Assembly: GCA_905182125.1 (NCBI GenBank)
Contig: CAJJAV010000026.1
Span: forward strand, 18,194 to 82,193
Direction: 5' to 3'
DNA length: 64,000 bases
Source of the DNA: an uncultured Candidatus Poseidoniales archaeon
GTDB lineage: Archaea > Thermoplasmatota > Poseidoniia > Poseidoniales > Poseidoniaceae
Shown piece after piece: positions 20,031-31,000 of this stretch. The notes below the pieces were generated by a model. It worked only from the letters and a program-made list of their open reading frames with translations. It made no database searches and was not told where the DNA came from. A program made the position numbers and the translations under genes. Within the stretch, counting starts at the first letter, position 1. Every line of letters starts with the position of its first letter.

Positions 20031-20851
20031 TCATCGTTGGTGACCACGTCACTCGGCTTTCCAGTCAGGACCCCTCTGAGGCCAGCGTTATCGGCCTGAA
20101 GGGCATCGAGGAGGTTGTACTTCACGCCATGTTCTTCTGCTAAAACCCCTAGGGCCATGGTGTCCTTTGGCAAACATTTCCCACCAAAGCCACGGTTGAG
20201 TCCAAAGATCGGATCGAGGTGTGAAGGCCCAATTGGCTGAGCTTGCTCGGCCGTAATCATGTCTCTGATCGTGTACCAATCTTGGCCCATTGCTTCACAG
20301 AGATCGTACATCTGGTTTGCGAAGATAACCTTCATGGCGTAAAATGTATTTTTAGTGTACTTGACCAATTCCGCTTGAGTTGGCGTCACATGGAACAAAT
20401 TTTCTTTACGAATCACGCCTGCCTGCCTGTGTTGCTCAAACACCCGCTCTGCTACATCGGCATGGTGCGTCCCACAAACGAGTAAATCTTGATTTGCGAA
20501 ATCCTCCATTCTTCGTCGTTCAACGAGGAATTCAGGCGAATAAGCAATCTTGAGATGAGGGTAGCGGAGATGGTATTGTTCTGTTGTTCCAGGTATGACG
20601 CTGGACTTGATCACTGCGGTGAAACCTTCGGGGAGGGCGTCTAAAACACCCTCGACAATTCGAGTATCACAAGCACCTGTTTCTGGGTGGGGTGGCGTTG
20701 GAACTGCGATGTAGGCGAAGTCGACATGATCGGTTACATCGCTCAATTCAGTACCTCGAGCAGGGTCGTGAACAAACAGTTCATGCGCATGAGAAAAGCA
20801 TTCTTCGATGGCCCCTCCGACCATCCCAGCCCCGATGATTCCGACTTTCAT
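20027..20851 (-). CDS. UDP-glucose/GDP-mannose dehydrogenase-family protein, short form lacking the C-terminal UDP-binding domain
   Basis: Rossmann motif [13 protein letters not shown] and catalytic-Cys motif [10 protein letters not shown]. Only 274 aa. Confidence 0.65.
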   Translation of the reverse strand: MKVGIIGAGMVGGAIEECFSHAHELFVHDPARGTELSDVTDHVDFAYIAVPTPPHPETGACDTRIVEGVLDALPEGFTAVIKSSVIPGTTEQYHLRYPHLKIAYSPEFLVERRRMEDFANQDLLVCGTHHADVAERVFEQHRQAGVIRKENLFHVTPTQAELVKYTKNTFYAMKVIFANQMYDLCEAMGQDWYTIRDMITAEQAQPIGPSHLDPIFGLNRGFGGKCLPKDTMALGVLAEEHGVKYNLLDALQADNAGLRGVLTGKPSDVVTNDD

Positions 20852-20895
20852 CGAACCAGTCTGGGAGGCTTCGTTGCTTTGTCTTACTTGCCTGA

Positions 20896-21647
20896 TTAGG
20901 TTCTGAAAGGAGATGGGTTCAGCTTACCTTCCTTCGCCATCATGGAGGCTTGCAACAGAGAATCAGGTGTGCCGCAATCAACCCATGTTTCCTCGCCAAC
21001 TGTGAGCAATTTTGCTGCGCCATCTCTGACGTATGCGCGAGTGACATCTGAAATTGAAAAAGTCTCTCCATTCTCAGCCACGCCCGCATCCACAAAGGAC
21101 CAAAACCGTTCATCGAACATGTAAATGCCACCGATCGCGAGGTTGGATGGTGGATTGGGGGGTTTCTCAACAATGTCCACCACTTCGCCGTTCTCACCCA
21201 AAACCGCCACGCCGAAAGCCTCGGGGTTCGGCTCGATTCCGAGCCAAAAGGACACATCCGGGCATGTCCTTCTTCCAGGTTAAAGCGCGCAACTTCTGCT
21301 TCGAGCTCGATGGTTGTGATGTTGTCTGAGAAGTAGATGAGAAGCCTGCAATCTTCGTTGTAGACCCTTGCTAAGTTGAGTGCGTCAGCCACGCCCGTCG
21401 GTTCTTCTTCCAGAACATAGTGGATTCGTTCATCAGGAAAACCGGCTCCAACATGCTTTGTGATTTGACCGATGAATTGGTTTGAAACGATTGTGATGTC
21501 TTTGATGCCTGCACGGCGAATGGTACCGAGAGCGTAATCGATGACCGGCCTTTCATAGAGCGGTAAGAGCGTCTTTTGGGTGTATTTGGTGAAAGGGTAG
21601 AGGCGACTGCCATGGCCGCCAGCAAGCAGAATCGCCTTGACCTTCAT
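20896..21647 (-). pseudogene. Sugar-1-phosphate nucleotidyltransferase (RmlA/glucose-1-phosphate thymidylyltransferase-like) interrupted by a single frameshift
   Basis: The N-terminal half (MKVKAILLAGGHGSRLYPFT...ARFNLEEGHA) and the C-terminal half (VSFWLGIEPNPEAFGVAVLGENGEVVDIVEKPPNPPSNLAIGGIYMF) lie in different frames that meet near 21255-21262. The 752-nt span is not a multiple of 3. Confidence 0.7.
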
Positions 21648-21663
21648 GGCTTGTGGGAGGGTG

Positions 21664-22356
21664 TCATTCCTTTTGGCCTTGTCCCACCAGTTCATCCAAT
21701 GCCCCGTCCTTTGCATTTTTGTCCAGCCAATCGGTGCGGACCAAATCTCCAAGACGTTCCACGCCAGCCTCAATGAGGTCCAAATCAGCTTCTTCAGCCG
21801 CCTTCCAGCGCTCATTTGCCACAGTTTCATACTGTGCGTTTGCTTCAACGACCAGGTGCTCTGACCGGCTCAGTTCCCCTTCCAAACCATCGTAGATGCC
21901 CTCGGACTCCTTCACATCGCGACGTGCAGCAATGCCATCATGACCGTTCACCTCTATGCCCCCAGTGAATCCTTTTTCGTCATGACCACGGATGCTTCCG
22001 GCTTTTTTCTTGACTTGAACTTCATCAAAACGCCCTGTTTCAGCAGCCATGGTTAGCCGCTGACGAAAGCCTGTGTTCTCAAACAGTTCAGGATCAACTT
22101 CAAGCAACCTAAGCAAGGCCTCTTCTTGGCTCAGCGCTCGAGCATCTTGTTTTATTTTCACCAGCACGACCGTCGAAAAAAGCACAAGGAACCCAACGCT
22201 TGCTACAAAGGAGTTGAGATTGAGATACAGCGCCCCTGCGACCCCAAATCCTCCCGCAACCAACACTGCCACGATGAGACGGGTTGTGTTGCCCTGCCGA
22301 ATTTCGTCCGATTCGACGAATTCCAGGTATTGGGCAGCGTCGGTTTGCATTCCCAT
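21664..22356 (-). CDS. Hypothetical membrane protein (TM hairpin plus acidic C-terminal soluble domain)
   Basis: Helices LIVAVLVAGGFGVAGALYL and FVASVGFLVLFSTVVLV. Start set to ATG 22356, 4 nt after the stop of the upstream gene. Confidence 0.5.
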   Translation of the reverse strand: MGMQTDAAQYLEFVESDEIRQGNTTRLIVAVLVAGGFGVAGALYLNLNSFVASVGFLVLFSTVVLVKIKQDARALSQEEALLRLLEVDPELFENTGFRQRLTMAAETGRFDEVQVKKKAGSIRGHDEKGFTGGIEVNGHDGIAARRDVKESEGIYDGLEGELSRSEHLVVEANAQYETVANERWKAAEEADLDLIEAGVERLGDLVRTDWLDKNAKDGALDELVGQGQKE

Positions 22357-22360
22357 CACA

Positions 22361-22669
22361 TCACAAAAGAATTTTCTCAGCCTTGTGACGAAGTGCATCG
22401 TCTGTTTGGTCATCAACCGACCAACCGAGTATGTGCAGAGCTTCAAGTCGACTTGCTTGAATGCTGTTGGACATTCGTTCGAAGGCAAATTGAATCAATA
22501 AGAAAAACACAAGCACAGCGGCAACACCAAATTGCCATTGTGTGAACCAAGCAATTGCAGCTGAAAGAACGACTGCTTGGGCACCTGCCATCCATAGCCT
22601 CCGTTGAATTCGGGCCTCTGAGTCAAGGCTGTCGATCAGCCGTTGAGCGCCTTCCTTCTTTGTCGCCAT
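22361..22669 (-). CDS. Hypothetical small membrane protein (TM hairpin)
   Basis: 102-aa ORF with helices AQAVVLSAAIAWFTQW and GVAAVLVFFLLIQFAF. Confidence 0.45.
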   Translation of the reverse strand: MATKKEGAQRLIDSLDSEARIQRRLWMAGAQAVVLSAAIAWFTQWQFGVAAVLVFFLLIQFAFERMSNSIQASRLEALHILGWSVDDQTDDALRHKAEKILL

Positions 22670-22708
22670 GTTGGCTCCAGTATGTTTTCATTGGTCAATA
22701 TGTCGGAA

Positions 22709-23323
22709 TCAGTCGAACAAATCGGTCAGCACTGCAGCGTTGAATTGTTCAGTCGCTTGCCGGCTCAACATCTGCTGAGTCAGATTGGAAACGGGGGCAT
22801 CTTGAACGAGGACACTGTCCTGAAGCATCAATTTCTGCCGTGGTTCCATGGCTAACTTCCGCACAACATCAGTAAGGGTTTGTTGAATTCGAGAGGTCTG
22901 TTCGGATTGCATCACAAGCAACCGTTCAAGACTGTCAAGCAGCGCCACGTTGCGGTTGCTGCGATCTTCGATGGCCTTTGATTGAGCCTTCATCGCCATT
23001 TCTTGCCGGTCCAATAATTCTCGAGCAGCGGGGCTTCCCACGGCGTCACGTCGATTGATTTCTTCAATCGCTTCATGCAATTCTAGGTTTGTCTTTTGGA
23101 GATGAAACTGCAATTCTTCAATGTGCAATGTTGATCGTTGGAGGTGTTGCTTTAACCCTCGACTTTGATCCATTAAACGATGTTGCCTCGCTCGGTGTTG
23201 AGCGGATTCAATCAAGAATGCAGTAGCAACAGCGCCGCCAAGCGCGAGTTCCGGATCCATTCGTAATTCCATCAAAAAGATCCATGCCAACATTCCGAAC
23301 ACAAGAGAGCGTACGATTCCCAT
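22709..23323 (-). CDS. Hypothetical membrane-anchored coiled-coil protein
   Basis: N-terminal helices (LVFGMLAWIFLMEL, LGGAVATAFLIESA) followed by a long heptad-like region (LQRSTLHIEELQFHLQKTNLELHEAIEEIN...). Start at ATG 23323 to avoid overlapping the upstream gene. Confidence 0.45.
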   Translation of the reverse strand: MGIVRSLVFGMLAWIFLMELRMDPELALGGAVATAFLIESAQHRARQHRLMDQSRGLKQHLQRSTLHIEELQFHLQKTNLELHEAIEEINRRDAVGSPAARELLDRQEMAMKAQSKAIEDRSNRNVALLDSLERLLVMQSEQTSRIQQTLTDVVRKLAMEPRQKLMLQDSVLVQDAPVSNLTQQMLSRQATEQFNAAVLTDLFD

Positions 23324-23400
23324 AGTAGAACATGGGTGAGCACGGTATAACCAATTGTTGCTTGGGGGCCCTTGGGGCCCACATATTTGCCCCAAAAACA

Positions 23401-24048
23401 TCAAGCAGATGGGACAAAACAATCATCGTCAATCTCGAGCAATGACCCGATCGTAAGGAGATGATCGATTGCTTCGTCGATTTCTTCAGTGGAGACGCCG
23501 TGTTCCTTCATGCCCTTGAACATCACTTCGAGGGTGGCACATGGTTCGCCTTTGCCCATTTCTGTTTCGACGACCACAAGCAACATCTGACAGGCCACTG
23601 CAAGCAACGGGTCATCACCCTCATCGTCGGGAAGGAGGTCGAGGAAGGTCGCTGCAGGATGCATCAATTCATCAATCTGACTTCGAGGCAAAAGTTCAGC
23701 AACAGGTTCGGCAGCACGTGAGCCCAACCCCTTCAATCCATCAACGATGTCGAGGTTGAAACAATCAAAGATATTGCGCTGCAAAGGATCCAGCGTTTCA
23801 TCCGATTCAGGTTCCAGCCTGCGGGCGATGCTTTCCAAGCGATGCAACCGTTGTTCCACGGCCATCCGTTCCCTTGCGAGGTCGAGGGAAACAAGGTCCA
23901 ATGCCATTTTTGATTGTTCGACAAGCCATGATTCGAGCCTCCAATTGGGGTCGACGCTTTGCATCATCTCTGCGAGCTTTTGCACCTCAGGAGGCAATGA
24001 ATCCAGACGAATATGGCCTTCCGACACTTCGTTTTGCTTGTCGCTCAT
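23401..24048 (-). CDS. Hypothetical acidic soluble protein (C-terminal winged-helix-like segment)
   Basis: 215-aa ORF. First gene of a co-directional cluster. No recognisable catalytic motif. Confidence 0.5.
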   Translation of the reverse strand: MSDKQNEVSEGHIRLDSLPPEVQKLAEMMQSVDPNWRLESWLVEQSKMALDLVSLDLARERMAVEQRLHRLESIARRLEPESDETLDPLQRNIFDCFNLDIVDGLKGLGSRAAEPVAELLPRSQIDELMHPAATFLDLLPDDEGDDPLLAVACQMLLVVVETEMGKGEPCATLEVMFKGMKEHGVSTEEIDEAIDHLLTIGSLLEIDDDCFVPSA

Positions 24049-24275
24049 GTTCTCTACTCTCCCCCATGACAGCCTATGAAGCCTTTCTCACTCAACGGAC
24101 CATGGTTTCCATTCTGCAACCGAATCACTGCGTTCATGCTTGCCCGATGAAGAACTTCCACTGGACGCCAACCTCTGCGCTTTGCCAAATACAAAGCAAG
24201 CCCCTTTTTCTCTAAAAGTGAGACCATAAATCCCAAGGGGTCGCGTTCATGTAGGGGTTGCCCTTGGCGGAAAGC

Positions 24276-25460
24276 ATGGGAAATTATCGGATTGGAGTTC
24301 TTCCCGGAGACGGCACTGGTCGCGAAGTTGCGCTTGAGGCTCAACGTATTCTCAACGCTATTGAAGCCAACACAAACCATGGTTTTGAACAAACCGTCAT
24401 TCAATGCGGTGGGCAACATTACCTCGAAACCGGTGAAGAATGGGCCGAAGGCTCCTTTGAATTCTGCCGCGATGAAGCCGATGCAATTTACCTCGGCGCC
24501 ATTGGCCACCCCGGGGCTCTTTTGCCCAACGGTGATCTGGCTGGTGGATCGGTGATCCTTGGAATGAGAAGCGGCTTGGACCTCTACGCCAACCTCCGCC
24601 CAATCAAACTCTACGAAGGCGTCCCGCACAAAGTGCATGGGCGATTCACCCAGATTTGGGAACCGGGCCTGGTCGACATGACGGTGCTCCGAGAAAACAC
24701 CGAAGGTCTGTACCATTCCTTGCTGCGACGCAGTGCAGATCGAGCTCAAGGGCGAGATCCTTACGAACCTCCATCCATGGAATTCCCGGGACTGAAGGGC
24801 GAAGTCGCCTACGACCCCCGTCCAATTTCAGAACACGGCAGTGAACGCTTGATTCGAATGGGCTTTGAAATCGCAGAGACGCGAAACGGAGCACCAGTTG
24901 ATGGCGTTAAGCGTGTTTCCTGCATCGACAAATCCAATGTCACCCGCGGCTGTCAACTGTTCCGCCGAACCTTCGATAAGGTCGCCGATCAGTTCCCTGG
25001 GACCGAGAAAGATTACGGCTACATTGACGCTTTCATGCAGTGGCTCACCCGCTCACCAGAATCCTATGACGTTGTTGTTACTTCGAACATGTTCGGCGAC
25101 ATCGCAACAGATTTGGGCGCTGTTCTGCAAGGAGGAATGGGAATGGCTGCTTCAGGAAACATCGGAGACCACCACGCTTTCTTCGAACCCGTTCACGGAT
25201 CAGCGCCTAAGTACGCTGGTATGAACAAGGTCAACCCCATTGCCACAATCAACTCCATTCAACTGATGATGGATTGGCTGGGTCGCAGAAATGGCGAAGA
25301 CGAACTCATTCACATCGGACGGTTGATCGATGAAAGTGTTGCAGACCATCTTCGTGAAGGCAAAGGCTTGACCTACGATCTTGGTGGCGATGCTTCGTGT
25401 TCCGCAGTTGGAGAAAGCATCTCTTCTCGTTTGGTTGCTAAACTCAGTGAAGAATTCTGA
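24276..25460 (+). CDS. Isocitrate/isopropylmalate dehydrogenase-family oxidative decarboxylase (3-isopropylmalate- or tartrate-dehydrogenase-like)
   Basis: [43 protein letters not shown] and [12 protein letters not shown] 24276 preferred over TTG 24258. Confidence 0.85.
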   Translation: MGNYRIGVLPGDGTGREVALEAQRILNAIEANTNHGFEQTVIQCGGQHYLETGEEWAEGSFEFCRDEADAIYLGAIGHPGALLPNGDLAGGSVILGMRSGLDLYANLRPIKLYEGVPHKVHGRFTQIWEPGLVDMTVLRENTEGLYHSLLRRSADRAQGRDPYEPPSMEFPGLKGEVAYDPRPISEHGSERLIRMGFEIAETRNGAPVDGVKRVSCIDKSNVTRGCQLFRRTFDKVADQFPGTEKDYGYIDAFMQWLTRSPESYDVVVTSNMFGDIATDLGAVLQGGMGMAASGNIGDHHAFFEPVHGSAPKYAGMNKVNPIATINSIQLMMDWLGRRNGEDELIHIGRLIDESVADHLREGKGLTYDLGGDASCSAVGESISSRLVAKLSEEF

Positions 25461-25497
25461 TTTCAGAACTCGCACCTCGGCGAACGGAACCATTGTT

Positions 25498-26253
25498 TCA
25501 AGCATCAGGTGCGCTAAATTTTTTCGATATATGGCGCAGTGCGTCGGTTAAGCCCGCTTCATTGTCATAGAACGGCCCGCCGTTACCCTGCATGGGTTGT
25601 GAAAGGAGGTCCAACATGTTCTGAACCACTCTGGTCAGTTCATCCACGATGGTGATGTTGCCCATTTTTGCTGAACGTGAAAGAGGGTTGAGGTCGATGA
25701 CAATCACGGTCTTCCCCATCGACACCAAGGCTTCGCATCGGTCACCGTCCTCCAAAGGAACCATGATGACGTCCGAGTCGAGGATTCCTTCTTTGGTGCA
25801 GTTTGCGCGCGGCCCTTCCAAGCCTGGAATCTTCGCATTTGGTTCTGCGCCGAGGATTTGAACATCGATGCCTTCTGAAGATTTAATCACCTCGAGGTGG
25901 CTCAACAATGCTTCCATCCGTTCGGGGGTACGGTAGAAAATGTTGATTTCAACCGGGCATTCGAGCACTGCAGCTAATTGGAGCATTTCCTTTCCAGCCA
26001 AAGCAACCACGTTTCCGTTCAGGCTCAACACGGGTTGACTTGCTCCTCTGAGGGCTGCAAGTGCTGCTTTTGTGGCTTGTAAAGCGCTTGGAATCGTTTG
26101 TTCACCAAGCAGGTAATCGTATGCTTCACCGCGCCCGTGGGCAATCATCGCACTTCCAGCGAGCATTCCCTTTTTTTCAGCTTCTTCCAATCGGTGCCGT
26201 AGCAAGAGCGACTGGTACCGCGGGTGGGTCGGGTCGGCAGCAATTTCATCCAT
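25498..26253 (-). CDS. 4-phosphopantoate--beta-alanine ligase (archaeal phosphopantothenate synthetase)
   Basis: AHGRGEAYDYLLGE, VLSLNGNVVAL and VIVIDLNPLSRSA are characteristic of the archaeal PPS family (COG1701). Confidence 0.8.
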   Translation of the reverse strand: MDEIAADPTHPRYQSLLLRHRLEEAEKKGMLAGSAMIAHGRGEAYDYLLGEQTIPSALQATKAALAALRGASQPVLSLNGNVVALAGKEMLQLAAVLECPVEINIFYRTPERMEALLSHLEVIKSSEGIDVQILGAEPNAKIPGLEGPRANCTKEGILDSDVIMVPLEDGDRCEALVSMGKTVIVIDLNPLSRSAKMGNITIVDELTRVVQNMLDLLSQPMQGNGGPFYDNEAGLTDALRHISKKFSAPDA

Positions 26254-26266
26254 TGAATCACTCCGA

Positions 26267-27208
26267 TTAAGCGCCGGTGATCAGCATCGAAACGTCCAGT
26301 GGGGGTACGCCCCTGTTGATGGCACTGGTTGACAACACATCCAATCCACATTCATGCCACTGTTCGAGATGTTCGAATTCGATGCCACCGCTTGCTTCCA
26401 ACACGACATGTTCGCGCAGTCCCATTTCAACGAGTTCCGCCGCAACTTCTTGGCAACGCTCGGGTCCAAAATTATCGAGCATTACCACGAGTTTTTTGAC
26501 ACCCTCTTCGCGACGTTGAGCCCACACAGCAGCCGCAATGACCGCTTCCTTGTTCTCTCTGACTTCGATTTCGAGGAATGCCCCGGATGTTGTCACATCA
26601 ACTTCTTGTAAAAATTGAGCGATTCGGTTTGAATGACCATCGACGTCTTGGAGCATTGAAGCAAGGTCGTTTTCTTTGATCATCAGTGCGTCGTTCTTCT
26701 GTAAACGGTGCGTTAAACCACCACCGAGGTGCACCGCCCATTTATCCATTAAACCCCAGATTGTTTTGCGGGTGCATGCAATTTGACCGGGGGCGATTGC
26801 TGACCATCGCTTTGCTTCAGTAGCGATGCCTGAGAGTTGGCCTAGAACGTTGAGAATGCTCCTTTCCATTGCCAACAATGTTTCGCGATCACCAGAAAGA
26901 GAAGCGATTTCGTCGTCTTTGACGACCCTTTTGCCATCGCTGGCCTGCCAGGATATCTTCAGGGAAGGCGCCCATATTTGCAACATGTGATCGATCGCAG
27001 CGGTCCCAACAACAATGCCATCAGCCCGAGCAACAATCGTTGCTTCAACGGCGTCGTTTCCGCCCATAAATGGCATATCGATGCCGTCGTCGGCAAGCAC
27101 AGCACCGACCCATCGATCGAAACTCCCTTGAAGCATTCGGGTCGGACCGTCCTCAGCAGACCACAGAAGATGGCCACGGTCGTGTGGAGGTCGCCGTGTA
27201 TCTGCCAT
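26267..27208 (-). CDS. nadC: Nicotinate-nucleotide pyrophosphorylase (quinolinate phosphoribosyltransferase)
   Basis: ACTRKTIWGLMDKWAVHLGGGLTHRLQKNDALMIKEND. Start uncertain: ATG 27208 chosen, because ATG 27304 would abut the divergent gene with no promoter space. Confidence 0.8.
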   Translation of the reverse strand: MADTRRPPHDRGHLLWSAEDGPTRMLQGSFDRWVGAVLADDGIDMPFMGGNDAVEATIVARADGIVVGTAAIDHMLQIWAPSLKISWQASDGKRVVKDDEIASLSGDRETLLAMERSILNVLGQLSGIATEAKRWSAIAPGQIACTRKTIWGLMDKWAVHLGGGLTHRLQKNDALMIKENDLASMLQDVDGHSNRIAQFLQEVDVTTSGAFLEIEVRENKEAVIAAAVWAQRREEGVKKLVVMLDNFGPERCQEVAAELVEMGLREHVVLEASGGIEFEHLEQWHECGLDVLSTSAINRGVPPLDVSMLITGA

Positions 27209-27310
27209 GGACGGCCGTAGAGGTTCATCGACTTGAAACCAAGTGCTTGCGATAAAATCAGTTTCCGAAACAGTACAAGTTTTGATAAGCCAAAAGGAAG
27301 GCATGGCAAC

Positions 27311-28012
27311 ATGGACGCAGGAGGGACTTCATCGCTTGCCCCATTGCTCCTCCAAGAGCGTGTCATCGCCAGCACATCGATCCATATTTTTGGTGCTGGA
27401 TTGAATCACGAGCGCCCTGCACATCAAGCTGTGAAGGAAGTGTCGCAGCGCGGCTGGGCTTGCAGCCCGATTCATCCAAACGATGGCGGAGCAACAGTGG
27501 CAGGTTTCCCAATCCGGCCTTCCCTCGATGATGGCTTGGTCCCGGAAATTGTAGTGCTGTTTTTGGCCCCTGAACGGGCAAGGGCTGTGGTCCGCGACTT
27601 GATCATCAGGCTCGATCATGAACACTTTCCCCTGGTCTGGTTCCAACGCGGAGCCCAAGACCCCTCTTCGATTGAAGCGCTTCAATCGATGGGTGCTGCG
27701 TATGTTACCGACGATTGCATTGTCGAATACACAAACCGGCATGATCTTCGATGCGCATCATCACCACTTCCTCAGATGTTCTGTCTGCAAACTGCTTCGG
27801 AGGATGGGGACGGGTGTTCTGTATGGACTGTCCATTCCACTCGAGACGCGGTGTTGGTCAAACCGACATACGCCCTCGAGTGGGTCGGGACATTGGATGA
27901 CTTAGAACGTTCAAACCACACCATACCCCGATACATCCGTTCCTTGCAGGCAACAAATGAATCTCTTGCTGTGTTGGCACAGAGGTTGACTCAAACGGAG
28001 GCTGCATCATGA
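27311..28012 (+). CDS. CoA-binding (YccU/YneT-like) domain protein with a C-terminal extension of about 90 aa
   Basis: IHIFGAGLNHERPAHQAVKEVSQRGWACSPIHPN...EIVVLFLAPERARAVV...VWFQRGAQ follows the CoA_binding_2 pattern. Confidence 0.55.
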   Translation: MDAGGTSSLAPLLLQERVIASTSIHIFGAGLNHERPAHQAVKEVSQRGWACSPIHPNDGGATVAGFPIRPSLDDGLVPEIVVLFLAPERARAVVRDLIIRLDHEHFPLVWFQRGAQDPSSIEALQSMGAAYVTDDCIVEYTNRHDLRCASSPLPQMFCLQTASEDGDGCSVWTVHSTRDAVLVKPTYALEWVGTLDDLERSNHTIPRYIRSLQATNESLAVLAQRLTQTEAAS

Positions 28013-28077
28013 AGTCAATCCCTCCATCCAGACATAGCGGGGGTAGCATTATGACGGTTCGGAAGGGAGGAAATCCC

Positions 28078-31000
28078 ATGCGTGCCAAGTTCATGTGCCT
28101 CATGTTGCTCGGCGCCATGCTGGTGCCGATGACAAGCGCATCGCTTGCAGGCACCTCTGCTCTTGCTACCGAAGGCGCCCCCCTTTCCGCAGCCGAAAAC
28201 CACCCCATCATCGATGGCTATTCTTCATCGATTCAAGCCTCAATCGCCTTCCATAGTGATTTGTCGACCTACGACGAAGACGCCCTGCTTGATGTGAAGG
28301 ATTGGGTTGTATTTTCTCACCTTGAGGTGGGGGTGCCAACCGAACACCTCGAGGGGGCGTTCATCGTTCAGTTGAATGCAGAAGAGGCACTGAGGACCCT
28401 TGAACAATGGCAACAAATCGGGAAGATCGAAGCGGCTTACCCTCTTGTCGAACGGTCGATGGAGCCAAGATGGGCCCCGAACGATCCCAAATTCAGCGAA
28501 CAATGGCATCTTGTCAACACCGGTCAAACTGGCGGGACCAGCGGCGAAGATGTCAACATCACAGGCGCATGGAACACCTACAAGGGCGCTGGCGTGGTCA
28601 TAGGGATTGTCGATGATGGTCTGGATTGGAACCATCCAGATATCTTCGCAGATTATGATTCCAGCCTCGATTATGATTTTTGCAACAACGACGACGATCC
28701 AACGCCGACCTCGAACAACGCACACGGAACCGCCGCTGGAGGCGTTGCCGCCGCAACTGGCAACAATGGCATTGGTGTCACCGGCGCTGCACCAGAAGCA
28801 ACCCTCGTCGGGCTCCAACTCATCTCATGCAGCACCACAGACGTCCGTGAGGGCAATACCTTGGGCCACGAGCAACAAGACATTGATATTTATTCGAATT
28901 CGTGGGGCCCGAGCGATAACGGAGAGACCCTTGAGGGGCCTGGCCCCTTGATGCTCGCGGCTCTTGAAGCAGGCGCGCTTCAAGGGAGAAATGGCCTGGG
29001 TAACATCATCACATGGGCAGCAGGAAACGGACTTGACGACGATGACAATTCAAACAATGACGGCTATGCGAACCTGCGGTACACCATTGCGGTCACCGCT
29101 GTGGACCACAAGGGCCAACAATCATACTACGCTGAACCGGGAGCAAATGTGCTTGTTGCCTCGCCTTCAAATGGTGACGGAGAGAGCATCACCACCACAG
29201 ACATCGAAGGTTCAGGCGGGTACAGCGGCACTGACTACACCAGCACATTTGGCGGCACCTCCTCAGCAACACCGCTCGTTTCCGGCATCATCGCCTTGAT
29301 GCTTGAAGCAAATGCAAACCTCACATGGCGAGACGTCCAACACATTTTGGTCGAAACTTCCAAACAAAACGATCCAAATGATAATTCTTGGGCCACCAAC
29401 GGAGCAGGCCACCTCGTGAGCCACAAGTACGGCTACGGGGTGATTGATGCGGGAGCAGCGGTTGCTGCAGCAGTCAATTGGGAAATTGCCGATGAAGAAA
29501 TATCAGTTTCTTCGGGGACCATTCAGACCGATCTCGATATTCCTGACCGGGACGAAGGGTACATCGAGGTCAACACAACAGTGACCGAAGCGATTCAAAT
29601 CGAAAACCTGGATGTCATCGTCGACATTCCGCATAATTTCCGTGGTGATTTGGCACTTACGCTGACAAGCCCATCGGGGCACCAAAGCATCCTTTCTGAA
29701 AAACACGATGACGAAAACAACGACTACAACAATTGGCGCTTTGGCTCCGTTCAACACTGGGGCGAAGACAGCCGAGGCACGTGGACATTATCGGTGGAAG
29801 ATCAAGGTTACGGCGACACGGGGACCCTCGAAGAATGGGCGCTGATTCTCCACGGGACACAATTGAACCTCGATTCAGACGGCGACAACCTCAGCGACGC
29901 CAATGAAACAGATGTCTACGGCACCGACCCCTACGACATTGACACGGATGATGATGAACTAAACGACGGACTGGAAGTGCTCGTGTATGGGACCGACCCC
30001 CTCTCGGTAGACACCGATATGGACGGTCTTGACGACGGCACAGAAGTGCTCGTGAATGGGACAGATCCCCTTGACAACGACACGGACGATGACCTTCTTT
30101 CTGATGGCGATGAAGTGTACATCTATGGCACGAACCCACTTGTTTTCGATGCTGACGGCGACTCCGATGGGTTCTATTGGTTCCAAGATTGCAACGATTC
30201 AAACCAAGACGTCTATCCGAATGCTCTCGAGGTGTTGAATGGCATCGATGACGACTGTAACGGCTCTTGGGACGAAGGTTTCAACCTCACAGACGCCGAT
30301 TCAGATGGCCTGTATGATTTTGAAGAGTACCATGGCTATGGCACGGATTGGCAAAACAGCGACACCGATGGAGACGGTCTTGAAGACGGTGCAGAAGTGA
30401 TGATTTACACGACTGACCCACTTGTCAACGACAACGATTCGGACATGGACGGGTATTATTGGTTCCAAGACTGTGACGATACAAACGCCTCCTTTAACCC
30501 CGGTATGGCTGAAACATTGGATGGCTTGGACAACAACTGCAACGGGGAAATCGATGAAGATTTTATCGATACAGACGCTGACTTCGACGGGTTGTTGGAT
30601 ATGGAAGAGTACCTGACTCACGGCACCGATCCGTTCGATCCAGACACCGATGGTGACGGCTTGCTCGATGGTATTGAACTGTTTTCAACCAACACAGATC
30701 CACTCTATCCAGACCTTGACAACGATGGCGATGGTTACCGTTGGTTCAACGACTGCAACGACAACAACAGCTTGATTTCACCGAGCGCAACAGAACGCTG
30801 GAACGGCATTGATGACGACTGCGATGACGGGATTGACGAAGACATCGACCGCTCCGCCTATGTTTCCGCCTCGCCACAATTTAGAAGCCTTACATTGAAC
30901 GCTACCAACGACACCCTCCAACTCTCGCTTTCGATCTCTCTTGATAATCAAAGCCTCGATAAGATCAATCCAACCATTCAATGGTCGAGGAACAATACGG

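Noticed and set aside
24054-24749. 231-aa minus-strand ORF
   Set aside because: Antisense to the 5' part of the IDH/IPMDH-family gene, whose motifs are unambiguous. The composition is typical of a mirror-frame ORF.
29891-30621. Several 60-106-aa minus-strand ORFs within the protease repeat region
   Set aside because: These are artefacts of the GAC/GAT-rich Asp repeats, which read as His/Arg/Val-rich frames on the opposite strand. The plus-strand protease frame is continuous and motif-supported.
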